DNA of 64,000 bases from an uncultured Planctomycetota bacterium (GTDB lineage: Bacteria > Planctomycetota > Planctomycetia > Isosphaerales > Isosphaeraceae), in assembly GCA_963737655.1 (NCBI GenBank), contig CAVTTN010000002.1, forward strand, positions 2,976,001-3,040,000, written 5' to 3'. The first letter of the stretch is position 1. Each line of letters opens with the position of its first letter. This document shows positions 1-13,000 of the stretch, piece by piece. The notes below the pieces were generated by a model that was not told the origin of the DNA, did no database searches, and saw only the letters and a program-made list of their open reading frames with translations. The position numbers were made by a program, and so were the translations under genes.

Positions 1-2
1 AC

Positions 3-599
3 CGGGAGGCGGCCGACGCGTTCCGCAGCAGCGCCGAGACCCGGGCCGCCCTGGCTCCGGTCGCCACCGACCCCGCCCGTCTCCACCGGGAGATCGGCCG
101 CCGATGGTCCGATTCGGCCGAGGAGCTGACCAGGGCCGGGCTCGCCAAGGAGGCGCTGGCCGCCCACGACCGGGCGCTCAAGGAGGCGCCGGACGAACCC
201 TACCCCCAGAACACGGCCGCCTGGTTCCTCGTGACCTCGCCGGACCCGACCGTCCTCGATCCGCCCCGGGCGGTGGCCCTCGCGCGCGCGGCCGTGCGCA
301 CGGAGCCCGGGTCGGGGAACTACTGGAACACGCTGGGCGTCGCCCTCTACCGCGACGGGGCGCTCGCCGAGGCCCGCACGTCCCTGGAGAAGGCGATGGC
401 GCTCAAGGGGGGCGGGGGCGCCTATGACTGGTACTTCCTCGCGATGATCCGCTGGAAGATGGGCGAGCCGGGACCGGCCCGCGACCTGTACGACCGAGCC
501 TCGCGGGCACCCCTCCCGAATCATCCTCCCACCGACGCCGAGCTCCGCCGGTTCCGCGCCGAGGCCGAGGCCCTGATGAGCATACCGCCCGCCCCCTGA
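3..599 (+). CDS. 3' part of a TPR-containing protein, probably the C-terminus of a planctomycete Ser/Thr kinase (starts before the window)
   Basis: Frame is open from base 3. It reads QNTAAWFLVTSPDP..DPPRAVALARAAV..PGSGNYWNTLGVALYR..YDWYFLAM..ELRRFRAEAEALM, the usual TPR tail of planctomycete kinases. Confidence 0.75.
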   Translation, partial: REAADAFRSSAETRAALAPVATDPARLHREIGRRWSDSAEELTRAGLAKEALAAHDRALKEAPDEPYPQNTAAWFLVTSPDPTVLDPPRAVALARAAVRTEPGSGNYWNTLGVALYRDGALAEARTSLEKAMALKGGGGAYDWYFLAMIRWKMGEPGPARDLYDRASRAPLPNHPPTDAELRRFRAEAEALMSIPPAP

Positions 600-1013
600 T
601 CGCCCGTCGCCGGCGATTTCCGGGAATCCCGAGGCCGCCACGACGCGCCGGCCGGGTTTCCGTGCTTAGGGGTTCAGACGCCCTCCGTGCGGAGGGCCAC
701 CCGGGCCAGGGGGCGGCCGATCGGGTGGGTCGGGTCGGTCCAGCACCGGCCCGACCCTCCGTCCGAGATCGCCCCTCGGCCCGAGTGTCGAGACGCTCGC
801 CGACCGCCGCGTCCGTTCCCCCCGACCGCCCGCCAACAGACTCGACATCCTCTCCCGGAGGGCCGCGGACCCCGCGCGGCCCGGGGACCCGTCGATTGAT
901 TGCCGGACCCTCGCGACTCCCCGAGCCGCGGCGAGGCCCCTCGGCGCCTCCGGGCCCGAGGGGGCCGCGCCCCGGCGCGATTCCACCACCCTGGACGAGA
1001 TGGGACCACCCCG

Positions 1014-4000
1014 ATGAGCCGCCACAAGGATTCCGATCCCCGCCGGGCAGAGAAGAATCGTCGCCGGATTGCCGCCCCGAAGAGCCGTCGATTCGCCGGC
1101 CTCGGCATCGAGGCCCTGGAGAGCCGGACGCTCCTGGCCGTCACCTCGCAGCTCAGCAACGGACTTCTCGACATCGCGCTGGGTGCGGCCGGGGACTCGG
1201 TTTCGGTCTCGGTCGCCAGTAACACCGTCGACGTCTTCGACGGGAGCTCCCACGCCTCGTTCCCGGTCTCGCCCGTGGCGGGCCTGACGATCCACGGGAT
1301 CGGCGCGACGAACCAGACGGCGGCGCTCCATTCCTCGATGGTCCTCTCGCTGCCCCTGCTCGTCTCGGGGTTGAGCAGCACCGCGATCGACGGCTCGTAC
1401 CAGTCCCCGACGATCACCCTGAAATCGGCCGAGATCCACATCAACGGCGGCCTGCTCTCGACCCGGGCCGTTGCCCCCGGAGGCGACCCCGCCCTCGCCC
1501 CGTCGATCGGGAATTCGGGCAATCTCCTCCTGGCCGGGACCCTGATCGACGTCACCCCGGGGAGCAAGCTACTGGCGAACGCGGACGGCGGATTCCTGGC
1601 GGGCCAGCTCCGGCTCAAGACGTCCGACTCGCAGACCGGCGAGAACGTGAAGGCTAGCGCTTCGATCGGCGTGAAGGGGGCGATCCTCCGGGGCGGAGAC
1701 ATCGCCCTCGATGCCACGTCGGCCCTGATCGCCACGGCCTCGAAGCCGCTCGACACCGCCAAGGCGAACCTCGCGAACCTGGACGTCTCCTCGACCGCGA
1801 CGGTCCAGGTCGCCGGCGCGACCGAGGTGACCGGCTCGGGATCGGTCACGATCTCCGCCCTTTCCACGGCCGCGACGACCGCGTCGGCGCTCGCGATGTC
1901 GGCGAGCACCGACACCACGGCCGACGCGGCGGTGGCGAAGACGAACGTCGTGAGCACGGCGATCGCCCACGTGGCCGGGACGTCCGTGGTCTCGGCGGGA
2001 GGGGCGCTGACCGTCTCGGCCACGAACGACACGAACGCCGCGACGACTGCCGACGGGTCGCTGTCGGGCGTGAAGGCCGGCGGGGCGAGCGTGGCCATCG
2101 CCTCGGTGACCGCCGACACCGAGGCGTTCGCCGATGGATCGGCCGGCCTCTCGGCCTCTCACGTCGCCGTCACGGCCGACTCCAAGGCCGTGGCCGTGAC
2201 GACGGCCAGGGCCACCGCGGCCGCCGTGACCCAGAATACCGCGGCGACCCAGGGGATGCTGGCCCAGGACGGGGCGAAGTCCAGTGCGGGGGCGATCAAC
2301 CTCGCCGCCTCGCTCGGCGTGACGACCTTCAACGACAAGACGCTCGCCTACCTCGCGACCTCGGCCCCGGTGACGTCCGCCGGCGACCTCCAGGTCCGGT
2401 CGTCGGCCGTCGCCTCCTCCACCGCCAGGGCCGACGCCGGCTCCGCGGCACCGACGGGCAAGCCCTCGGGCGAGGGCGTGGCCGTCGCGGTGAACCATGC
2501 GGGCTCCCAGAATCGGGCCTCGATCGGGGGGACCGGCCAGGTCGCGGCCCAGGGCCTGAGCGTGAGCGCCACGACGCCCGCCGGGTCCCAGAACCTCCTC
2601 GACGCCGAGGCCACCTCGGGCCTCAGCAAGAAGGATTCCACGCTCGAAGGCGCCGCCGCCTTCAACATCGGGTCGCTCGCCGACGAGGCGTTCCTCGCCA
2701 ACGGCTCCGCCGTGAACGCCAACGCGGGAGACGTCCAGATCAAGGCCGGCGGCGACCTGGGGAGCAACGTTTCGGCCATCCCGGCCCCGGGCGCGAACCC
2801 CGGCGGGATCGCCAAGGGGATCGGCGCCTCGCTCGCGGTGAACATCGTCTCGGACCTGACCCGGGCCGAGGTCGAGGACGGTGCGATCCTCAAGGGGGCG
2901 AACAACCTGACGCTCGCCTCGAACGCCCATGAGGCCCTGAGGACCGCGGCGACCGCGGGCGGGGACCCGACCGCCGCTGGCACCTCGTTCGGGGGCTTCT
3001 CGGCCGCGGCCGGGATCTCCGTCCTGAACGCCAGCACGAAGGCCCGGATCGGCGCGTCGCCGGCCGGGAACGCCCCCCTCCAGCTCGGCGGGAGCCTGTC
3101 GGCCGACGCCACCCACGCGGCCGAAGCCGTCGACGCCGTCGGCGGGGCGATCGCCGGGGCCGGGGTGCTCGGGGCCGCCCTGGCCCTGGACATCCTCTCG
3201 GCCCGGACCACCGCGACGACCGACCGCGACCTGAATGTCGGCGGGGACGCCAGCTTCACCACCCACGCGACCCTCGGGAGCGACGCCCAGGCGCAGGCCT
3301 CGGCCCGAGGGGGGCGGGCCCAGTCGGCGAACACCCCGGCCAATGCCGTCGACAAGGAGGCGGCCTCCCAGATCGCCGCCGCCGACGCCCAGTCCCCGGG
3401 CTCGACCAGCGGCGCCACCGCCCCGAAGGCCAGCACCGACTCCGGCGGGATGACCGTCGCCGCGGCCGTCGCCCTGAACCTGATCGCCCATTCGGAGTCC
3501 CTGGCGAGCGTCCCCTCCGGCCGGGCCGTCACCGTAGGCGGCGCCCTGACGGTCGCCTCCGCGAACGACACGGACGGCCACGCCCGGGCCGACGGCAGCA
3601 CGACCACGACGAACGCCACCGGGGTCGGCGTCGGGATCGCAATCAACGCGGACACCGACGACCTCGACCGCGCCCTGATCGGCGCGGGGGCGAAGGTCAT
3701 TGCCAAGGGGCTGACTGTCTCCGCGGGGATGGGCAACTCGGGGGACGGCACGAACACGCTCGGGGCCGACAGCTCCTCCGGGGGCGGGGCGAAGCAGGTC
3801 GGCGTGGCCGGGTCGCTCGCGATCAACGTGGCGAGGACGACGACCGAGGCCGTCGTCGATTCCGGGGCCCAGGTCGCGCTCACCGGCGGCAACGCCTCGA
3901 TCTCGGCCTCCTCGAAGACCTCGGCCCCCGTGAGCGCCGGGTCGAGCAAGGACCTCGGCACGGGCAAGGACAAGGGGATCGGCGTCTCCGCGGCGTTCAA

Positions 4001-7000
4001 CATCGTCGAGGACGACACCCGGGGCGAGGTCGTCGACACCGCGAACCTCACCGGCGCGAAGGGGGTCGCGATCGCGGCCGGCTCGCGCGACGACCTGGAG
4101 ACCACGGCCGAGACCGGCGCGAATCGACCGGGGGGACGGCCGTGGCCGCCTCCGTCGCCGTGGCGGCCCTGAATGCGACGACGACGGCCCGCCTCGGCTC
4201 CGGGCCCGGGCTACCGGCCTCCGGGGACGTGTCGATCCGGGCCGACCACGTCGACACGGCCACCGACGCCGCCGGGGGCACCGGCAAGGGGGCCACGAAG
4301 GCCATCGGCGTCTCGGTCGGGTTGACCTATGTGAACGATAACACCACCGCGACCACCGATCGCGACGTCTTCGCCCCGACCGGGGCCGTGACGATCGCGG
4401 CGCACAACGCCTCGGCCAGCGACACCCGGGCGACCGCCAGCGAGACCGGAGCGATGGACAAGGCGGCCGGGGGGGCCGACAACGGCGCCACCCAGCAGGG
4501 CATGGCGGAGAAGGCCGCCCTCGACCAGAAGGCGGCCGACTCGAACGTGCAGGGGACCGCCGCCGGGGCGGCCGTGCCCGACCCGAAGACCTCCAACGGC
4601 CAGTCGATCGCCGTGGCGGGGGCCCTGGCCCTGGACCTGGTCTACGGGTCGCACGCCTCCGCCTCCGTGCCCGACGGCCGGAAGATCCAGGCCGGGGGCG
4701 GGCTGACGATCGACGCCCAGGGCGACACGGATGCGTATTCGAAGGCCGACGGCGCCGCCAAGGGAGACGCGGCGACGGGAGTCGGCGTGGCCGTGGCCTT
4801 GACCATCGCCCCCGACGTCCTGACCTCGGCGACGATCGGCAAGGACGCCTCGATCACCGCCGACGGCGTGACCGTCTCGGCCGGGATGTCCGGCCAGAAC
4901 GACGGCACGAACGTCGTCGGGGCCGACGCGATCTCGGGCGCCTCGGCCTCCGAGAAGGCCGGGGCGGGCGCCCTGGGGCTGGTCGTATTCCTCCCCCAGA
5001 CGACGGCCACGATCGCCGCCGGGAAGCCCCTGGACGCCGGGGGCGGGAACCTGACCCTCTCCGCGGCCGAGGCCACGAAGAGCACGGCCTCTGCCGTGCC
5101 GGCCCCCGGGCCCGTCCAGGGCACGTCGCTCGGCGTAGGCCTTTCGTTTGCGTTCAACATCGTCGAGCCCACGACCCTCGCCGAGCTCGGCGACGGCGTG
5201 ACCGTCGAACCGAACAGCGTGAAGGACGCCTCGATCTCCGCCTCGTCGACCGATTCGCTGACGACGGTCGCCTCGGCCGGGGCGGCGGCCGAGGGAGGTT
5301 CCGACGGCGGAGGGACCGGCATCGCCGCCTCGGTCGCTGCCAGCGAGCTGAACGCCGACACCCGGGCCCGGATCGGCGCCGGGACCCCGCTGAAGACCAC
5401 CGGTGCCGTCTCGGTCGGCGCGACCCACAAGGATGCGATCACCGCCGACGTCGGCGCGATGAGCACCGGCACCGGGACCGCCGTGGGCGTGTCGATCGGC
5501 CTGAACATCGAGACCGAATCGACCCGGGCCACGACCGATCGCGACCTCGACGCCAGCGGAGCGGTGACCTTCAACGCGCAGGGCGTGACGGCGAGCGACG
5601 TGACCTCCCGGGCCAGCGGGGTCGGCGGCCAGGACAAGGCGCCGGGCGGATCGTCCACCGGTGCGAAGGACGAGGCGGACGCCTCCAAGAACACCCTGGA
5701 CCTGAACGCCAAGGCCGCGTCGCCCAAGGCGAAGGGCGTGGGCGCGAACGCCACGATCCCCGACGCCAGGAACGGCGACGGCAAGAGCGTGGCGGTCGCC
5801 GGGGCCCTGGCGATCGACCTCCCCGTCTCCGTCGACGTCGAGGCCACGATCCCCGATGGCCGGTCGATCTCGGCCGGGGGCCCGCTGGAGCTCGCCGCCC
5901 TGGGAGACGTCGACGCCCACACCAGCGCCGATGGCACGGCCGTGGGACAGGCGAGCACCGGGGTCGGCGTGGCCGTGGCCCTGACGATCCTGCCGAGCGT
6001 GACCACCACCGCCACCATCGGCAAGAATGCGACGATCCACGCGCCGGGGTCGCGCTGACCGCGGGGATGGCGAGCGACAACGACCAGACGAACGTGATCG
6101 GCGCCGACGCCACCTCCGGGGCCTCGGCCACGGACAAGGCCGGCTCCGGCGCGTTCGCGCTGGACATCTTCCTCGCCGGGACCACCGCGACGGTCGGCCT
6201 GGGGACGGCGATCGACGCCGGGGCCGGAAACCTCGCCCTGTCGGCCGACGAGGCGACGAGGAGCACGGTCAACGCCCTGCCCGCGATCTCCAAGGGCCTC
6301 CCCGGCCAGCCCGAGGCCCGCACGGTCCTGGGCGTGGGGATCGCCGTGGCGCTGAACATCGTCGAGACCGACACCCGCGCCGAACTCCTCCCCGCCGTGC
6401 ACGTCGTGAACGCCCAGAATCCGGCCCTCGCCGGGGCCCATGACGTCTCCCTGAAGGCCGATTCGAAGGACGATTTGAAGACGACGGCGACGGCCGGCGC
6501 CTCGGTCCCGAACCCGTCGGACGACGGCGAGGGGATCGGCGCGGAGGCCGCCATCAGCATCCTGCTCGCGACGACCGACGCCAGCATCGCCCCGGGCGGC
6601 GCCCTGATCGCGGGCCACGACGTCTCCGTGGTCGCCGATCATGCCGACACGAACGTGACGACCGGCGACGGCTTCGGCCAGTCCGGCGGGACGGCGATCG
6701 GGATCGCCATCGGCTTCACCTACGTCGATTCCGAGACCACGGCGACCGTGGGCGAGGGCCTCACGGCCGAGAACGACGTCCTGATCGGCGCCCAGAACGC
6801 GACGGCCAGCGACACCATTTCGAGGGCCAGCACCGCCGGGGGCAAGGCGGGAGGGGGGAACCAGCCCGTCGATTCGCCCGACCAGGCCGCGATCAAGCAG
6901 AGGGACCTCGGCGATTCGTACGCGACCGGCAGCGGCGGCAAGGCCACGGGCCCGACGTCGAACCCGAAGGCCAGCACCTCCAGCGGGAGCGTTGCCGTGG

Positions 7001-10000
7001 CCGGGGCCCTCTCCGTCGAGATCGTCGGGGCCTCCAAGGCGCTCGCCACCACGGCCGACGGCCTGACGATCGTCGCCGGGGGGTCGTTGACGCTGGCCGC
7101 GGGCAACGACACCGACGCCCATGCCGGGGCTGTGGGCAGCACGACCGGCGACGCCACCAAGGGCGTCGGCGTGGGGATCGCCCTGAGTATCGCCCCGACG
7201 GTCTTGACGACAGCCGCCCTCGGCGCGGACTCCAAGGTCCACGCGAAGGGGATCACGATCGCGGCCGGGATGTCCGGGGCGAACGACTCGACGAACCGGG
7301 TCGGGGCCGACGCTTCCTCGGGCGCCTCGGCCTCGGACAAGGCCGGCGCGGGGGCGTTGGGCCTCAGCCTCTTCTTCGAGGACGTCGAGGCGACCCCGGG
7401 CCAGGGCTCGCAGGTCGACGCGATGGGCGGCCCCGTCTCGATCCTCGCCACGAGCAACACCGTCGCGTCGGCCTCGGCCATCCCGGCGAAGAAGGGGGTC
7501 GGCGGCAAGACCACCGGCGTGGGCGTCTCGATCGCCATCGAAGGGGTGGAGGACACGACCTCGGCCCGGGTCCCCGACACCACGACGATCACGGACGCGG
7601 GCGGCCTCTTCGTGATCGCCGCGTCCCACGACGACGCCTCGACGACGTCCGAGGCCGGGGCCTCGGCCCCGGGCGGGAACGCCGGGGCGGGCGGGGGATC
7701 GTTCACGGTCGTCCTGGCCGACACGACGGCCCGGGTCGGGACCGGGGCGGACCTCACCGTCGCAGGCGACGTCCTGATCGGGGCCGGCCACTCCGGCGAC
7801 TCCTCGGCGACCGTGGACTCCGACGCCAAGGGGGCCGACACGGTCGTCGGCGCCTCCCTCGCCGTGAATTATGAGGACATCAGCACCACCGCCGACTTCC
7901 ACCGGAACATGACGGCCGGCCTCTCATTCTCGATCGACGCCCACACCCAATCCGCCGGCGTTTCGGGCGCGAAGGCGGCGGCCTCGGGCGCCCAGGGGAG
8001 CGACCAGAACACGCCCCCGAACGGCGTGGACCAGCAGGCGGCCTCCCAGAGGAGCTACGTCAACGGCCAGATCACCGACAACGGCGGCCAGGGCGCCAGC
8101 ACGAACGACAATACCTCGGCGAAGACCTCCGGCGGGGGGATCAGCGTCGCGGCGGCCGTCGCCATCGAGATCGCCCACGTCCACTCGACCGCGACGATCC
8201 CCGACGGCCTGACCGTCCACGCAGACGGCGGGCCCCTGACCGTAAGCGCCTGCGACGACGCCGGCAGCACCGCCTCGGCCGACGGGACCGAGGCCGGCAA
8301 GAGCAACAAGACGGGCATCGGCGCGGCCGTCGCCATCAACTTCGTGGACACCTCGGCGCTGGCCGAGATCGGCGACGACACCATCGCGTCGAAAGGCCTG
8401 GTCGTCGAGGCCACGCAGGGCCTCGGGCCTCACCTGGAAACGATCTCGGCCTCGGCCGTCTCCGGGGCGGGGGCGAAGAATACCGGGATCGCCGGCGCCG
8501 TGGCGCTGAACCTGGTCCTCACCGAGTCCCACGACGCCCGAATCGACGGCGGGGCGAAGATCGATGCGGGGGGCGGACCGGTCGCGATCGTGGCGGGCGC
8601 GGCCACCCTGGACATCGCCAGCGCGACCGCCGCCGACGGCGGGATGGTCCCGGCGAACACCGGCATCGGCGCCTCGGTCGCCGTGAACGTCGTCTTGAAA
8701 GACGTCCGCGCCGAGGTCCAGGACGGCGCCTCTCTGATCCACGCCGGGACGTTTCTGCTGGATGCGGAGTCGGGCGACGGGCTCATCACGTTCGCGAAGA
8801 ACGGGGCGCAGGGGAGCACGGCCGTCGGCATCAGCGCGGGGGTGACATATATCAAGAACGACACGGTCGCGAGGGTCGGCACCGGCCCGGCCCTGGACGC
8901 CTCGGGCGACGCGATCATCCACGCGAACATCCAGGACCACGCCCTGACCACCACCGACTCGGCCGCGGCCGGGGACGAGACGGCCGTCGGCCTGTCGATC
9001 GCCGTGGGGATCGTCCGCACTTCGGCCGACGCCTCGCTGAACCGCAACCTCTCGGCCGGGGGCCAGTTCAGCCTGACGACCGACGACGCCACCAGCAGCG
9101 ACGTGACCTCGACGGCCAGCGCCACCGGGATGTCCACCGGCACGGAGAATTCCGACGAACAGTCGAAGGACCAGTTCAGCTTCGTCGACCTGCTCTCGAA
9201 TCAGAACGAATCGGGGAATTCGCCCTCGGTGAAGGACCAGGAGGACTCGGCCAACGGCCAGTCCACGGGCCAGACGGGCATGCAGAGCAAGGACCAGGTC
9301 GGCGTGGCGGCGACGATCGCGGTGAACGTCGAACTCGTCCACATGGCCGCCTCGGTGGCCGACGGCCTGACCGTCACCGCCGCCGGCCCCGTGACCATCG
9401 CCACGAATTCCGACGTGGATGGGTCGGCCTCCGCCCTGGGGGTGGCCCTGCAGCTCTCGGCGCAGGAGTCGAAGGACACGACCGTGGCGGCGGCCGTGGC
9501 CGTGGACGTGGTGCTCCTCGACGACACGGCGAGCGTCGGCGCGGGGGACGCGATCCAGGGGCACGGGATCACCGTGGCCGCCCGGACCGCCACCCCCTCG
9601 ACGACCGACGACTACCGAGCGATGGCCCTCTCCGGCGCGGGCGGGACGGGAGACTCCGGGGCGGGGTCGGCGAGCCTGAACGTGCTCGACCTCGTCACGA
9701 CGGCGAGCGTCGGGACCGGCGCGGCCCTCAATTCGACCGGGACGATCGACGTCCTGGCCCAGAGCCCGGTCCGCCTCGAGGACGGCGCGGGCGGTGCGGC
9801 CCTGGGCAAGGGCAAGGGCGTGGGCCTCGCCATCGCGGTGAACATCGTGAGCCATCACACGACCTCGGCGACGATCGGTGACGGCTCGACCATTGATGCT
9901 GTCGGGGCGCTGACGGTCGCGGCCTCCGCATCGCTGACCCCGGTCGCCGGCGCCCTGCCGGGCGACCTGACCAGCGCCGCCATCGGCGCCGCCGGGTCCC

Positions 10001-13000
10001 AGGACACCGCCGTTGGCGGCTCGATCCTCGTGGACGTCGTTTTCGAGACGACCCATGCCGAGATCGGCGCCGGGTCCCTCGTGAACGGGACCGCCGCCGG
10101 GCTGCTCGACCAGTCGGTGATCGTCACGGCGACCGACGCCGTGACGCTCCACGACGCGGCCGGAGGGCTCGGCATCAGCACCGGCGGCGACGGCGTCGGC
10201 GCGGGCCTGCTCGTCTCGGTCCTGACCGCCGACACGGCCGCGAAGATCGACGACGGCGTGACGGTGAAGGCCGGCGGCGACGTCGTCGTCCGGGCCTCCG
10301 AGGCCGAGGACTTGCTCGAAATTGCGGTGGCCGGCGCGATCGGCGACGGCGACGCGGTCGCGGTGACCGTCGCGGTCTTCGTCCCCCTGATCACCACCCA
10401 GGCCGGCCTCGGCGCGTCCGACCACGTGACCGCAGGAGGCAACGTGATCGTCGGAGCCGATCACGACTTCACCGCCTTCCTCGTGGGCGGGACGCTGGCC
10501 GTCGGCGGGGGATCGGCGAGCTTCGGCGCGGAGGTCGCGACGATCGTCCTGATCGATCAGACGGACGCCTCGATCGGCCACGACGCCTCGGTGGTCTCGC
10601 ACGGCCGGACCCCCGCGATTGACGTCCCCACCGGGGCGGAGGACGCGAACGGCCAGGCCATCACCGAGCCGGTCGACGGCGTGGCCGTCACGGCGACGAC
10701 TCGCCATCACGTCCAGACCTTCGCGATCGGCGGGGCCATCAGCGGAAGCGGCGCGGCCATCAGCGGGTCGGCGGCCGTGAACGTCGATCAGGACACGACG
10801 CTCGCCCACATCGACCACGGCGCGACCGTCCTGGCGGCCGACAACAAGCCCGGGACCGGCCCCTCGGTCGTCGTCCTGGCGTCGGACACGCTGGTCCAGG
10901 TGAGCGCCGGCGGGGCCCTGGCCGGCGGCGACAGCGAGGGCGTAGGCATCGGCGTGGACGTGGGGGTGATCGCGAAGCAAACGGAGGCCTCGATCGACGC
11001 CCTCGGCGTCGGTGCCGACTCGAACGTGATCGTCCGGGCGAACTCGTCGGAGGACTTCACGTCCGTGAGCGCCACCCTCGCCGCGGCCGGCGAGGCGGCG
11101 ATCGGCGGGGCGGCCGGGGTCTACGTGGTGAACGACAGGACGCGGGCCTTCATCGGCTCGGCCGGCAACGACGGCCCGCACCTGGTCGAGGCCCGGGGGA
11201 ACGTGATGGTCGCGGCCCGCGAGTCGCTCGGCCTGGTCATGCTCGCCGGCAGCATCACTGCCGCGCCGAGCGCCGCCGTGGGGGTCGGCGCCGGGGTCCC
11301 GATCATCAACAAGACGACCGAGGCGTTCATCGGCGAGGGGTCGACGGTCGTGGGCCTCGGCCTGGGCGGGACGATCGATGCCGACACCGGCGAGTTCGGC
11401 CAGGTCCTCGGGGCATACAGCCCGGTCTTCGGCGCCACCGGGCCGAGCAGCCAGAGCGGTCGGCCGATCTACGAGGACTCGAATCACAACAAGACGATGC
11501 TCCCGCAAAACGGGGCGGTGAACCACAGCGCCGACTCCGTCCCGCTCACGCAGGCGATGCGGGGGGTCGCCGTGACCGCCACCAACAAGGACAAGATCGA
11601 CACGATCGGGGTGAACGCCGGGGCCTCCGGGTCGGTCGCGGTGAACGTGACCGGGGTAGTGAACATCCTCACGAACGTGACGACCGCCCACGTCGATGCC
11701 GGGGCGACGATCAACTCGAACAACCCGGGCGCGGCGGCCGACCAGTCGGTGAGGGTCGCCGCGGGGGACGCCTTCTCGCAGATGGCCGCGGCGGCGGGCC
11801 TGGCCGCCTCGGGATCGGTCGCCGTGACGGCCGCCGCCACGGTCCTGATCGCGAACGAGACCACCCTGGCCACCGTCGCCGACGGCGCCCACCTCTGGGC
11901 GAAGGGCGACATCAACGTCGAGGCCCACGCCTCCGAGGAGCTCCTGACCGTCGCCGCCACGCTCGCCGTCTCCGGGACCGCCAGCGTGGGCGGGGCGGTC
12001 TCCGTCGTGGTCCTGAACGACGTGACCCGCGCCTCCCTCGGCGACAAGGCGACGACCGACCCGGCCGGCGCCACCGCCGACGCCGGGGGGAACGTCGTGG
12101 TCGCCGCCTCCGACGACACCGACTCCCTGACCGTCGCCGGAGGGGTCTCCGTCGGCGGCGACGCCGGCGTCGGCGCGGCCGTCGCCGTCACGATCTTCAA
12201 CAAGGACACCCGCGCGTTCGTCGGCGACCATGCGACGGTCAACGCCTCGGCGAGCTCCTCGCCGATCGACGGCGTCGTCGACGGCACGATCAAGGACGAC
12301 GGCACCTTCGAGGCCCTCCCGGGCTTCCGGGGGCTGGCCGTCCAGGCGACATCCAGCGAGACCGTCCTCCAGGTCGGCGCCGAGGCCGCCGCCGGCTTCT
12401 ACCTGGGACTGGGCGGGGGCGTCACGATCGAGCTGTTCAATTCCAACACGAACGCCTACATCGGCCGGGACGCCCACATCAACCCGGGCACCTCGGGGGC
12501 CTCGCAGGGCCAGTCCGTGAACGTGGCGGCGGCGAACCGCGTGAAGGATTTCTCGCTCGGCGGCGGGATCGGGGTCGGTGTCGTTGGGATTGGCGGGGGC
12601 GTGGATGTCGGCGTCCTCCGCAACAACACGTCGGGATTCATCGACGCCGGGACGGACGTGCACGCGAACGGGGACATCCACGTCTACGGCCTCTCCAGCG
12701 AGGACATCACCACCTTCGCCATCAGCGGGGCGGGCGGCCTGGGCGCGGTCTCGGGGTCGGTCTCGGTCTGGTCGATCGGCTCGGCCTTCCAGTCGAGCTA
12801 CTCCGACGATGGGCAGTCGGCCGACGGCCTCGACTCCAGCAATCAGAGCCCGGGCCAGACGTCGTCGAACCTGAAGAACACGACGTCGCAGAGCATGGCG
12901 ATGACCGGCAAGTTCACGTCGGCGACCGACTCATTCCTGGACCCGGCGAACAACCCCGCGCTGGCCCCGGCGAAGGGAGTGGGCACGGCCCATTCGATGA